This document shows, in pieces, positions 1 to 13,700 of a DNA stretch of 64,000 nucleotides (within the stretch, counting starts at the first letter, position 1; each line of letters opens with the position of its first letter). A model generated the notes under the pieces. The model ran no database searches. It saw nothing but the letters and a program-made list of their open reading frames with translations, and was not told the origin of the DNA. This DNA comes from Oopsacas minuta. Taxonomy: Eukaryota; Animalia; Porifera. The translations under genes were made by a program, and so were the position numbers. Location of the stretch: positions 553,015 through 617,014 of the forward strand of contig JAKMXF010000188.1 in NCBI GenBank assembly GCA_024704765.1, read 5' to 3'.

Positions 1-496
1 ATATCTATAGCTGGTTACATCATGGGTTTGGGAGATCGACATCCCGAGAATATGCTCATTTCTACACAACCTGGAAACGTAATGCATGTGGATTTCGAGT
101 TGCTTTATGGGAACAACAATTACCTGCATGTGAGTGACTTGAAAGTGCGAAATTTTAAATCAGCGTACTTGATTAGCCTCGTAAGACCGTTGAAACCAAT
201 TCTTTTGAGATTTGTTTACTTTCTGGGACTATTTAGATATTATTTCACGATAAATTCATTAATACAACAATAAATTTACATATGAGAAACTTGAATATAC
301 GAAATTCGGATTCAAAGTACTTTGTTACCCCATTATAGCCTATAAGAGCAGGTCTCTACGCATATTTAATTATATTAATTATTACAATGCCAGTTTACTT
401 GGTTTAACAGGGTTAGATGTGATTTTCTTACAGCTTTGTACTAGAATATACAGAAAAACAATTAAGACAAGAGTTATTTTAGGTATGAACTTTTAA
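1..496 (+). pseudogene. Decayed PIKK-family (ATR/ATM/mTOR-like) kinase catalytic-domain fragment, interrupted by a repeat
   Basis: Frame 1 from base 1 reads ISIAGYIMGLGDRHPENMLISTQPGNVMHVDFELLYG, the PIKK catalytic loop GLGDRHxxN plus the HVDF motif. At about 126 it runs into the window's common repeat. At 386-496, LGLTGLDVIFLQLC resembles PIKK MGxTGxEGxF..C and then stops. The PFRLT motif is missing and no intact downstream exons were found. Confidence 0.7.
126..365. mobile_element. Fragment of the abundant Helitron-like non-autonomous repeat
   Basis: Two subrepeats of the core CATATGAGAAACTTGAAAATGCGAAATTCGGATTCAGCGTACTT, which recurs at about 5500, 6240, 9830, 19310, 48110 and 50910. Confidence 0.7.
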
Positions 497-2435
497 ATGT
501 TTTCGGGGATTTAGATTGCTTTATATGAGATTACAAATTGTTGTATAATTTGGCAGAAGAATAAGTGAAACTGTTTTATATAAAGAAATATTCGCTTTTG
601 GAAGGTATAGTGAATATGGGCTAGTCCTCGTATTCATAGATTGAGATTTCACATTTCGAATATTGTTAAACATCTATCCAATATACAAAGACACATTTCC
701 TATGATGCCCTTATACACCTTCTATAGTTAATTATCTTCCAAATTTGTAAAACATATTAATTCTGAAAATAAAGTCGCAGTAGAAATGTGAGATAAATTA
801 TAAATATTCCAGCGATACATCTAGCAGACCTTCTCTGTAAGTCAATTTGAATGTCAGTGTAAGAAACCTTTTAGTCTAAGGTTTTTCTTTTTAACTAATG
901 CGTCTGTATGTCTAGAGAAAGATATTATGATCAATAGCAATGATTAGGAATTTATGATTTGGTAACTGGAAACGTTTGTCCTGTACATCAGTATAGAACA
1001 AGACTTCATATTGTTAATCCAGTAGACTCTAAGTTATTATCTTCAAGATCAGGACTACTTTAAGGGTTAGGATACCCAGATCATATCTAGAGTAAGTCAC
1101 CTTTTTTAGATGCAGTCCTATGTTTACGGGTTATATTATAGCCTGAGATGTGAACTTTGGAGTCTTAAAATAATCTTCTCATCAAATTTCTGAAATTCCA
1201 AAAATATCAACTTTGTTATTGTTTTGGGGATTATCAACATCGATTCAGGTCATTCAATTTAGCTTGTCAATGTGTAGAATGTCACTGTAGCATTGGCGCA
1301 ACCAAGCTCATGAGTCAGGGTGGGTAAAATGACGTCATGCCCACCCTTCCTATACTTTTTGTATTACGGTAGACCGTATAATACTAAACAAGGATTCCTT
1401 AGAAAACTGGGTTATAGCGGATCGTACCAGACCGGGTCACCGGGTGTGAGCTCACTGGACCAATCGGTTACTGCGTCATGAAATCTTGACCGGTTCTAAG
1501 CGTGTCCAGTACTGTATCGTCTGTATGAACGGATATGTTGGAGCACAAGAAAATAAGGAACCGGTAGGGATTTGGGGCTGAAATTGAGAATACAAATACG
1601 GAGCTTCAGCCTGAAGTTTGAGTTCTTTATCGATCAGGCGTAGCCCACGCTTTTACTCTGCTGGCCGCACTTAAGTATCTGAAGAGCTCGTTGCACCTCA
1701 AGTACTCAAGTGTTCCCCCAAATATATTCTAAAAACTAAAATATGTTTATGAAAAAATGTAATCTCTAGCATAATTTGAAATTATTATATACGAAATGGT
1801 GTGAAAAATATGATTAATCAAATGAACAAATCATGGAGATAGTGATTGAAATGTAAAATTAGGATAGACATACTCAATTACTCCTAGCTAACCGTCAAAA
1901 AGAAATTTTCAAGCATCACTTTGAAAATATGAAAAAGGTGTGAAAATAATGTATGATTCGCTATGGCTGTCAATTTGTAACTTTCTGGCCTTGAATTACA
2001 TCCATCTTTATTATTATGATTAATTATCATTTTGAAGCTCTGCGAGCCGCATTGAAGAATATTATGGACCGAAAGTTGGCCACCCCTGATTAACAATTCA
2101 CTAGACCTTTAATATGTTACCAATTATTGATTATAATAAATGGTAACTTAGTATAAGTTAAATGTTTGGATATCAAATGATCATTTAGTTATGCAATATT
2201 ACCATGAAAATATTTCAATGGATTCCCCAGGTTAGTGTGCATCCTGATTCGTTGAACTGAATTGTAATCTGACAATTAGACGAGCTTGTTCAGGACTGAT
2301 GAATTCCTCATATAATATAAGAAATATATTAAAGTAATTTGATATCCAACTAGCATGATCCAATGATCCTTATTGTAACAGGCCAAAACAAATACTAGCT
2401 TGTTTAACAAGTTACAATAGAATCAGGCTAGTTGC

Positions 2436-2540
2436 ATACAGGATATTTGTATACAGGATATTTGTATACAGGATATTTGTATACAGGATATTTGTATACA
2501 GGATATTTGTATACAGGATATTTGTATACAGGATATTTGT
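2436..2540. repeat. 15-bp minisatellite, 7 perfect copies (ATACAGGATATTTGT)
   Basis: Direct inspection; it produces the spurious TGYLY-repeat ORF. Confidence 0.97.
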
Positions 2541-3653
2541 ATCGAACATTTAGGATGATTATAACCAAATTAGCTCAGATTTCGAATACTTACTTATTAA
2601 TATGCTATGCATGAAATCTAGTAAAGTTAACACGTACAGGGCTTAAGGCGTACACTCGGTTTGTAGATTTTCTCCAAACCTTGCACTCATTGTATAGGAA
2701 GAATTTTATGATAAGAAGTACTGTTAGTATTGTACTATCATAAAGACAAAGAAATTTTACATAATAAAATGTTTGGAAATCGGATTCAGAATATTCGATT
2801 TAATTTTTAAAGCTATTTCTTTTTAGATAAACATTGTGAAATACATAGTTATACAAATATCTTTGAATTGTAAAATTTAATTCCAAATAATAACAATAAA
2901 TGTTATAAATACATTACACTGACAAACAGCAAGGTTGCCGTGGGAATGGGGAATGGTTTCGTTACAATGAGAATTCCAATCAGAGCTGCAAATGGGTCAG
3001 TGGATAGTGTAGGGGTGGATCCAGGGTGGCCAGGGAGGGCTAGACCCCTTAGCTTAGGAAAAATATAATTTGAATTTAAAAGAATAGATTATTAAGAGGC
3101 AATTGCAAACTAAGTGAGGGAACATGGAGAGGTCCCCCGTTTGTTCCAGTAATTCTTTACTATAATTATGCTTTTGTAAATTATGTACATAGATACCTAA
3201 TCCTTAGATGTAATTATTTATAGACTATTATAATAATATATACTTTATTAGCGAAGAATAATTTTCATATATATGGACCAGATCAGCTGTATACTATAAC
3301 AGATTAATTAATACATTAATAAATAATTCAAATATTGACTTTATTGCTTGATACAGTTAACTCACCCTTACTTCCAACTCGGATATAACGAAACAACCGC
3401 ATATATAGAAGTTAATTTTTCAACTAGAACCTTCTACACAAAAACAGACTTTATTTCTAATACATTCGGCTATATCGAATGAGAATCAGCTCCTTTCGAC
3501 TCCCGAGGAGGTAACGAAGAAGTTTTCCTGCCGCAACCGAAACGATTCCTCTTAGATTAGTCATATCAGACTTTTATACTGTGCCAACTAAACTATTGTA
3601 TAGTGGGACAGTTCTAAAATGATTGAGTTTTTTTAGTGAGTCGATGTAAATGT

Positions 3654-3656
<3 letters not shown>

Positions 3657-3708
<52 letters not shown>
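3657..3708. repeat. (TA)n followed by (TG)n microsatellite, probably the 5' end of a Helitron-like element
   Basis: About 21 TA units followed by 5 TG units. Confidence 0.9.
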
Positions 3709-3709
<1 letters not shown>

Positions 3710-4751
3710 TCGCTCTCCTGTTCACGCCTTTAGAGATTAAGACTCGAAGTTTGGCATGTAAACTCGTAGTGACATCTAGTTGTGTACCGAAGATGTCCTT
3801 GGAGTAGTAATACAGGCTGTTAAAACTGACATGTTCTTATAACCTGCATAAAATATGTGGGAATACATGAGAACCGTTTCCCAGAGGACTGTGCACACAT
3901 CCAATCTGACCTTATATCGATTGTTTTTATACTCCAAAGCAGAGTGGACTATTGGTCAACATTGCTAACCCATCACCCAGCTGACCCTTCGTATGTGTGA
4001 CCCATTAGTAGGTAGCTTGGAGTTTGCATTTCCATTCAATACAAGTATAACTGTGCTAAAACTATCACTGTACTTAATTAGCTTAAATTCATCAGTTACT
4101 AGAAATTAACAGAGCTGATAATTGCACATTGCCATTAACAGCAAGCAGAAAGTATAACTGTTTAATACGAATTGAATATTTTCTCAATATCTAGTTTCAG
4201 TGTTTCTCAAATCGCGTTAAGCGGGTCATTTAACGCGCTTTCCCCGCTAAATGCCGCGGTTAAAATATATAGCTGCATTAAAATGAAGACACTATGCGTA
4301 AGGCTTAATACCTGTACAAGCGACAAGGGCCATTCAATCTCAAAAGAGACCGCTTTCCAAAATCCTATGGGAAACACTGTGTAGTTGGATTATATATTTG
4401 TCTTAAAAGTAATACATTGATGCTCGTTTTAAAACGGGAATTTCCGTGAACTATACTATTCTAATAGTCAGTCGAACCATTAGTTATAATTCGTACGCAG
4501 TCCCAATTAATAGAGATATGTATTTTGAATATCCAATTCATATTCATTATACTAAATCAAATGTGGTTCTGGTGCTAGTCTTATAGGCTAGTAAGAGTGT
4601 GAAGATAATATTAATATTAACATTCTTACTAGCCTATCACACTCTTACTGACTTCATAAGTGTTAGTTGTTAATTATTTTATGCCTCAGGTATATAAACT
4701 ACTTTATGAATTAGTTACACTTATCTTTCTCTAAATTATTTCCCTGAACAA

Positions 4752-7700
4752 ATGTATTTTTTATTGGGTTTGATACTTTTGACACACCCTCTAGTTAACT
4801 CACAAGGTATGTTTTACTGATTCATCTTTCAAAATAATTAAATTTGGAAATTTTTGTCATATACAGTTAATTAGTATTGTCCACTTGATTACACTGTTAA
4901 AGCTACAAAAACATACGATTGAGACTGTGCTTATAATAAAAGTAATTTAATGGGTATCATTAAATTTTGTTTTAATGATATTAAAATTTTTAATGGTGCC
5001 TGTGCTTAGTTAGAGGACAATATAGGATAGACAGTGGTGTAGCTAGGCTACCAGCTCAGGTGGAGCTTTTTTCTATTAGTAATGAGTCAAGTGGTTTCAA
5101 ATCATGTAATTAATATTTAAACATTACTACCAATTAAGGTATAGACAAAATTTGTATTATCTCTTGGTTCCATCTTCTATCTCATTATAAATTTTGAATT
5201 CTCTACAAAAATTTCGCAAAATATTCGCATATTTTCCATCCTGTGTAATTCAATTCATAAAACGAGCCATTGGCTCGACGAACTCGGCTTGAGCTTCGAG
5301 GATACTTATAGCTGAATATACGGCACCTTTAGTTCCATAATTCATATTTACACATGTCAATTTAACGATGATATCAATAATGTATTTACATTTGTGGAAA
5401 TTACAACTTCGGACTCAGTTTCTCTTGTTACACAATGTAGCCGTAGAGATCAAGTTTCAACCAATATTTTTGTTTACTATATATTCATAAAGCAACAATA
5501 AATTACATATGAGAAACTTGAAAATGCGAAATTCGGATTCAGCGCGATTATTCATTGTACAACCTTTATGGGAGCTACCATGGCCATGGCACCTGACTGG
5601 ATCAGAGAAGCCTGGGGCCATTTTGATATCCTCCCTAAAACGAGAACATATAATTATTACCCAAATATTGTGACCATTATTCGATGAATATAGATTTTAG
5701 AGACCCCTGAGCATGAGAGCCAGGCCGAATGGCCCTCCTGTCCCTCCTATTATAGTGCTGGGAGCTACCATTCTAGAATGTAGCCATGAACTGGCGTTGT
5801 CACGCTATATCTAGTCTGCCCTCTTTATTATATAAATTGCTCGTCACGAAGTTTAATACAGGCTTTGTGGGGGGTAATTACCAAGGCCAAATTGGTCACT
5901 GTACTAAATTCACGCAGTTATCCGGTCACTAGATCAGGTATTTTGACCCAAGCTCCGAATTACAAATCTATAATTTTAACTTGCAATTGTTTTCTGTTTG
6001 TCCATTGTCAAGGAGAGGATTTATGGAATGTTTATTGAATAAATAGGAAAGTAAAAGAATTCCATAAAACTTGAGTAAATATATTGCATATGTAGAATCT
6101 TATTTTCACACTTTTTGAATTAATCATATATATATTTATTGTTGTTCTTATCAATATAAAGTAAACATTAAGATGAAATCTTAAAATATTCGTAGAGACT
6201 TGCTCTTAACAGCTACTATAGGGTAACAAAGTACGATGAATCTGAGCTGAATTTCGCATTTTCAAGTTTCTCATATATAGATTTTTGGTTGTTTTTATGA
6301 ATAATTAAGTAAACAAATAGTTGACATATATATTAATTAATCCATTATTCAATTTTATACTTTGCTAAATTCGAGGCACGAAGTGCAGAGTCCCATGAGA
6401 ACACAAAGTGTTCGCGAGCCGCGAAGCTGCTCGTACGTATGTAATTCATAAAAGATATATACAGTAATCCCTGGAAATATCTCTCAGCAACAGTACAAAT
6501 AGATAGGTAGATCCACAAATACTACAATTAGTAGATGGAATAGTAACTCATTCGAAATATATCCCATACTTAGTAACCAGGGCAAGCTACACTTTAGAAA
6601 ATATGTTCCTTACTTCTCCATTATTAGAATTATCAGGCGGACATTATGCTACAGATAAGTTCCGGCCGGACCTAATGTTGGGGGATCAAATATTATGGGT
6701 ATCATTATAGTTTGTTTTATTAATGAAACAATATATATTGGTGCCTGTACGAATTGCATGTATAGCTATAGTTGTATACTGATCTTTGATACAAGATGCA
6801 AATTCTTAATCAATTTGTATATTTAGTTCCTCTAACTGGTTGTGATGCAATAACAAATGAAGGCATATGTTTCAGCTATTTCACAAGCTCTGGCATTAAC
6901 TGGACTCAAGCTAGAGATGAGTGCCTGACATGGGGAGGAGATCTAGCTACAGTGAGATCTGAAGAAGAGAACATGTTGCTGGTCAGTACTCATGCAGAAT
7001 CTAATGATTGTTGGATTGGAATTAACGACATAGGCAATGAAGGCACATTCGTTTGGGCGGATGGTAGTAATGGTACATTTAGATTCTGGAATCCTGGTCA
7101 ACCGGATAATGGTGGAAATGAAGATTGTGGACACATACCTGGCCTAACGAGGTGGAATGACCTCCAATGTTTTCATACTCGGAGTTGTCACTACTGCAAT
7201 ACTATGGGTGAGTAATTTGCATGAAATGTCTGATCATAGTCTCTGTAGATTACTAAATTTGTGGCTGATCGTCAATTTATTAGTATAGATTATAAGATTT
7301 CAAATATCTTTTTTAACAAGTGGCGGATTCCATTCTCCTTTAGAACTATGCATTTTCGTCTGTAAAACCGAGTGGTTGCACCCACCATTCAAATTGTCAT
7401 GGTACGCCACTGCATGGGAACAACAACAATAAGTTTATATATAACAAACAGGTTTGAGGCTGATTATGATTACAGATGCAGTTAACATATCGTAACTCGA
7501 AACCTGAGCGGAAATCAAAATATGTTCGAGATAGTTTATGTTCAAGTTAACAGATGAGATAAGTACTAAAAGTACAACGAAAGGAAGTGAATATTCGTTC
7601 GAGATAATGGGCATTCGAGTTACCGGATGTTGACTGCATATAGATAAATTATAGATTGAGGTATTTGAGCCAGTTATTCAACATCTGTTGATCAAAATAT

Positions 7701-10700
7701 TAGCAATTTCAATAGTCGAGTAACTCCCAAGTACCACCGTATCGATTACCCCACAAGTACTAATTACTTATCCCAGTTGAAGTTGAGAACTGACTGTCTT
7801 ACTGATCTCAAATTACCAGCTAAATATTATAAGTAATTCTTGTAGTAAACGTCTTTGGACAAGTCAATTCATCAGTATACTCTCCATTAGAAGAGAATAC
7901 TATTCTCACGACAGACACAACTCTCTACTGTGTCACAGAAAATTTTAACACACCCCAAGTACTTTGGAGCTATCTAGATCTGGCTAGTATCAGAAATGAT
8001 CTTACGAGTATGTCTGCAATAGATGTGACTACAGGAGTTAGTACTCTTTATGTAAGGAGTGATCAGCCAGGATATTATAGTTGTGAAGTCTCTCAGGATG
8101 GAGGGATGAGCAGAACTTATACAGTTGAGATGGTCAATACTGATTTATATCCAGGTACTGTCCACATAATTATTATCCTACTACTACTGTATCATGTGCG
8201 AGCTTTTAGTGCTTATGTATAAATACTTTGTTATCGAAAACATAAACAAAAGAAATTCCTCAATGTCAGCTAGTAGTTGTTTGGCCCTGAAAACTGTTCA
8301 ATCAAAATGAAAGGGCAACATCCAAATAGTGTATGCATTTTAGAGTGTTATGGTAAGTTAAGAATATTAGAAGCCATGGCCTACTTAATATACGGCTAGG
8401 TATGTCACTGAGAAGTCCAGAAAAGAATAAGGCCAGTTTTATTATTTTCATTTTGAAAAACGAAGCCCCTTATTAATTGCAAATTGAACTGTCCTCTTCC
8501 TTTCTGGACTTCTCGGGGACATATCTAGCCGTATATTAAGTAGGCCATGTGTAAGATTTCGTTTGGCGAGCATGGACCTATGAAGGGGTTTGTATAGGAT
8601 GTCACTAACGCAGGGGGCTTTACACATTCTCATTATAGTTCCTCCAACTGGTTGTGATGCAATAACAAATGAAGGAATATGTTTCAGTTATTTCACAAGC
8701 TCTGGCTTCAACTGGGCTCAAACTAGAGATTTGTGTCTGGAATGGGGAGGAGATCTAGCAACTGTGAGGTCAGAACAAGAGAGTATATTGTTAGAAAGTA
8801 TAGGATCTGTAGATTGTTGGATTGGAATAAATGATATAGATAATGAAGGATCATTCGTTTGGGCAGATGGTAGTACTAGTAGTTACAGAAACTGGGTTCC
8901 TGGTCAACCTAATAATGCTCGTGGTAATGAGGATTGTGGACATATAGTAGGTCAAAGGGAGTGGAATGACCTCGCATGTACTGAACCTCGTTCACGCTAC
9001 TACTGCAATGCTATGGGTGAGGAATATTCCAACCATAATTGCATAATACTGATATCCAATTCTCCAGGCTATTTGTAGAAGTACAAATATTCTGAGAATT
9101 TCATTAACAAGTTAATCTTCAATATTTATATTCAAACATGTTTTGATTACAGTGTGCAAAGTCTTTTAAGTCAACAAAATTAATCTATATTTAATCTCAA
9201 TTTGCGTCTGTGTGTGTGTGTGTCTGTCATGCTCCCATATAGAAAACATACAGGTTCAGTTCATAAAGTCCAGTATCAAATATTACGCAATATAACAACA
9301 ACAAAACAACAAAGTACTGGGGTAATCGATTATCTTGAGTCCAAATATGATATTGTAAACAACATTTCATAAATATTTGTTTACTTTTGGGGACATAAAG
9401 TAAGCATATTTTAAAGATTATGGTAGTATCATGTTTGCTACGGTTAAGATTATGAATTTATGTACTCAAGGAGAAACCCAGATAAATTAATTCATCATAG
9501 CGAAAAATACTTGGTTTTTCCAAATTTATCACAAAAATTGAATATTCAGAAATTCATCGTAGAATTCCCCACTTATAGAGGTAAATTCCAATGCTGTGAG
9601 GCATAATTATCTCTTAATTATGCCCCATTCCCCACTCTCCTGTTTTATAGGTTATTTTCTATGGAAATGAATGAAAGTGAACCAAAATTGCCCCACTTAT
9701 AGAGGTTTGCACTGCATTTGTAGTTTTTACGAATATATAGTAATCAAATTCGCCAAATCTCAAAATATTGGTAGAGACTTGCTCTCAACTGCTACAATGG
9801 GGAACAAAGTATGCTGCTGAATCCGAATTTCACCTATTCACGTTTCTCATATGTAAATTTATTGCTGTTTATGAATATACAGTAAAATTCTAAACAGTTC
9901 CAGGAATTTGGTTTCCACTGTTATTCAAGGGTAATGGAGTACACTTATCCCAAATATGATAATGTCAACAAAGTATTGTGGATATTTAAGAGAAATTTCT
10001 AGAAAGTCTTAGAAACTTGGTTTCAATGGTTATACCGTTGTAATCGAGTCTGCTGATTCCGATTTTCGCATTTTATAGGTACTCATGTGTTAATTATATT
10101 TGTTCTCATGAAAGATTTGTGCACGAAGTGTAGAGTTACATGGGAACACAGAGTGTTTGCAACGCGAGCAAGCGAAGCGTCTCGTTCTTACTTGATTTGG
10201 ATTGAAGTTTTGTATTAATCTAAGATTATTAACATATCTATAGTATACCCATTTGGACAACTGAATTCCTCAGGATACTCTACAATTGAAGAGAATACTA
10301 TTCTAACCACAGACACTACTCTCTACTGTGTTACCGAGAGTTTTAACTCACCACAAGTAAGGTGGAGCTATCTAGATCTTGCTGGGCGTAGAACTAATCT
10401 CATTGCTTCAACGGAATCTGTCACAGGAGTTAGTACTCTATTTGTAAGTAGCATTCAGCCAGGCTACTATAGCTGTGAAGTTACTCGGGATGGAGGGATG
10501 AGTAGAACTTATACAGTTGAGATGTTCAACAAAGATTTGAATCCAGGTACAATCCCGTATTATTAAATATTTAGTATTGTTAATCTATTCTATACTGAAC
10601 ATTTGGATTCGAAATTCCAGTTGACTGCCACCATTCTTAGCTGCAATCGAGTAATTATTCAGAACTCAGTACTATTTCTATTAATATTTCTTATGTAGTT

Positions 10701-13700
10701 CCTCCTACTGGTTGTGATGCAATAACAAATGAAGGAACATGTTTCAAATATTTCACAAGCTCTGGATTGAACTGGGCTCAAACTAGAGATTTGTGTCTGG
10801 AATGGGGAGGAGATCTAGCAACTGTGAGGTCAGAACAAGAGGGTATATTGTTGGAAAGTATAGGATCTGTAGATTGTTGGATTGGAATAAATGATATAGA
10901 TAATGAAGGATCATTCGTTTGGGTGGATGGTAGTACTAGTAGTTACAGAAACTGGGTTCCTGGTCAACCTAATAATGCTCGTGGTAATGAGGATTGTGGA
11001 CATATAGTAGGCCAAAGGGAGTGGAATGACCTCCCATGTACTGAGCTCCGTTCATGCTACTACTGCAATGTTATGGGTGAGGAATATTTACGATAAATTT
11101 CTAGAACTTCTTGTAGAATTTGATTTAGATAAATGCTTTAGAATATCCAAGAAGTATGATATCTTCCAAAGATATTTGTGGGAATATTTATTATTATTTT
11201 TCTAAATTTATGCTATTTAGCTTGATAAATAGGACATTAGTCAATCGTCAATTATGGTCGCGATCACGATCATGTTTCCGATCATTTTTCTGAATTTGCA
11301 TTTCCTATAGGGAGATGCTCTATTACGTGCGTGCGGCCATGTCAAATTTTCCCCTTCCGATCGTCATGAAATTCCTACATACATTTTGATATACATTTTG
11401 GGGTCTAGATTAGCAAATTTAAACATTATCTGTCTGAAATATCGAAAATATGAAAGAAAATTCGGCCAATTGATAAAGTCCCCAATTATTGAAATTTACA
11501 AGATATCTTTGGATTTGCTGATTGGCTTGTTAGAGCCTACTGGCGGATATATAGGACTACGGATATATAGGAATATGGATATATAGGAATATGGATATAT
11601 AGGAATATGGATATATAGGAATACGGATATATAGGAATCACATAAAATTAGTAACATTTGTCAAAAAGATCTACGTATGCACTGAATATTATATATGTTT
11701 GATTTTCTATAGTCAGTCCATTCGGATTTGTCAATTCAACAGTATCCTCTGCATTATCAGAGAATACTATTCTATCAACAGACACTACTCTCTACTGTGT
11801 TACAGAAACTGAAAACACGCCACAAGTAACATGGAGCTATGACAATTATATCGGTAGTAGAAGTGAACTCCCTGCAACAACCAATGCTATTACAGGAGTT
11901 AGTACTCTATCCGTAAGCAGCGCTGAGCAAGGTAATTACAGCTGTGAAGTTACTGAAAACGGAGGGATGAGTAGAACTTATACAGTTGAGATGAAAAATT
12001 CATATCCAGGTAATATTCAAATATGTTCTATACATTTTCTTTAACTAAATATGGCCAGGAAAATGTGCGAGGTGGCACATAAACAATGGTTGACACAAGT
12101 GTCAGGCATTTTACTAGCAGTTGAAATGAATTCTTTTGCATTCTCTTGAATTTATGTAAAAGTCTGAAAATATTACACATTAAATAACTCCATACCTCAA
12201 GTGAAATATCTGACACAAATGTACTTATATACGTATGTCAAAGACGGATATCGTAAATAGGGGGTTGCAGTCCTCCTTGTCAAACTACCAATTACAAATA
12301 TACTCAATATAGTATATTTGTTTATCAGTGCTCGAGAAATTAGGTGGTTTGGTGGCGTTAGTCACCAAAATATTTATATTCTATATAGAGATTATATAAT
12401 GAGTCTCGAAAAACGAGTAAAATTGTGTCTAATTTCCATCAAATATAAATTTTTGGTGGCTTAAGTTTGCCACCAAGAAATGTATATTTTGTCGAGCACT
12501 GTTCATAATATAATCCGGTTATTTGAAATCCCAAAGAATTAAGTTTATGAACAAGCCTAATGCAAAGCAATATTTTTCAGTTCTTCTCTTTCACTTTATT
12601 GTAAATTCGATATTGTAGTTCCTCCAACTGGTTGTGATGCAATAACAAATGAAGGAACATGTTTCAGTTATTTCAGAAACTTTTACTGGAACTGGGCTCA
12701 AGCCAGAGATTTGTGTGTGAAATGGGGAGGAGATCTAGCAACTGTGAGGTCAGAACAAGAGAGTATATTGTTGGAAAGTATAGGATATGTAGATTGTTGG
12801 ATTGGACTAAATGATATAGATAATGAAGGATCATTCGTTTGGGCGGATGGTAGTACTAGTAGTTACAGAAACTGGGATATTGATGAACCAAATGATCGTG
12901 GTGGTAATGAGGATTGTGTACATATAATAACCCAAGCGTGGAATGACTTCCCATGTACAGCTGGCCTTCAGTGCTACTACTGCAATGTTATGGGTGAGGA
13001 ATATTCCAATTTTTCTTGAGGATATTATATTTACGATAATTGTTTCGAACTGGAAATATTTGTATATGTAGATTCTATACATTAATAGGATGTTTATTTA
13101 ACTCAATTTATACTATTTTAACATCTTCAAAACAACAAATTTACATAGTCTATCCGGAAAATACATTGTCATGCATAATTGCTTTGATATAGGTTAGATG
13201 CTATTATTGCTATTCTAGTAATTCATTCTGTTTTGTGTGTTAGTGGGGGCAAGAACTTTTGGCTACGCTGCACCTTCGCTAGCTGCTAGCCTAGTCAATA
13301 TTTTGACCTGAAATAACTGGACAGTTGGCTTTTTTACATTTTCTGCAGTTATTTGAATTTTACAATAGTTATTTACTAAAATCAATTTTTTCTTTAGTGA
13401 ACCCCTTTGGACAATTCAATTCATCAGTATACTCTCCATTAGAAGAGAATACTATTCTCACAACAGACACAACTCTCTACTGTGTCACAGAAATTTTTAA
13501 CACACCTCAAGTACTTTGGAGCTATTTAGATCTAGCTGGTATCAGAAATGATCTTACGAGTATGTCTGCAATAGATGTGACTACAGGAGTTAGTACTCTC
13601 TATGTAAGGATTGATCAGCCAGGATATTATAGTTGTGAAGTCTCTCAGGATGGAGGGATGAACAGAACTTATACAGTTGAGATATTCGGTTCTGACTATT

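Noticed and set aside
690-830. Weak resemblance of a stop-riddled frame (PLYTFYS*LSSKFVKH...) to the PIKK FAT domain
   Set aside because: Too many stops, the match is subjective, and the order relative to the kinase fragment is wrong.
2432-2614. ORF with (TGYLY)7 repeat
   Set aside because: Translation of a 15-bp minisatellite; no splice or coding context.
2436-11640. Short tandem arrays (2436-2540, 11545-11640) as CRISPR-like arrays
   Set aside because: Head-to-tail units with no unique spacers, no cas genes, and eukaryotic context.
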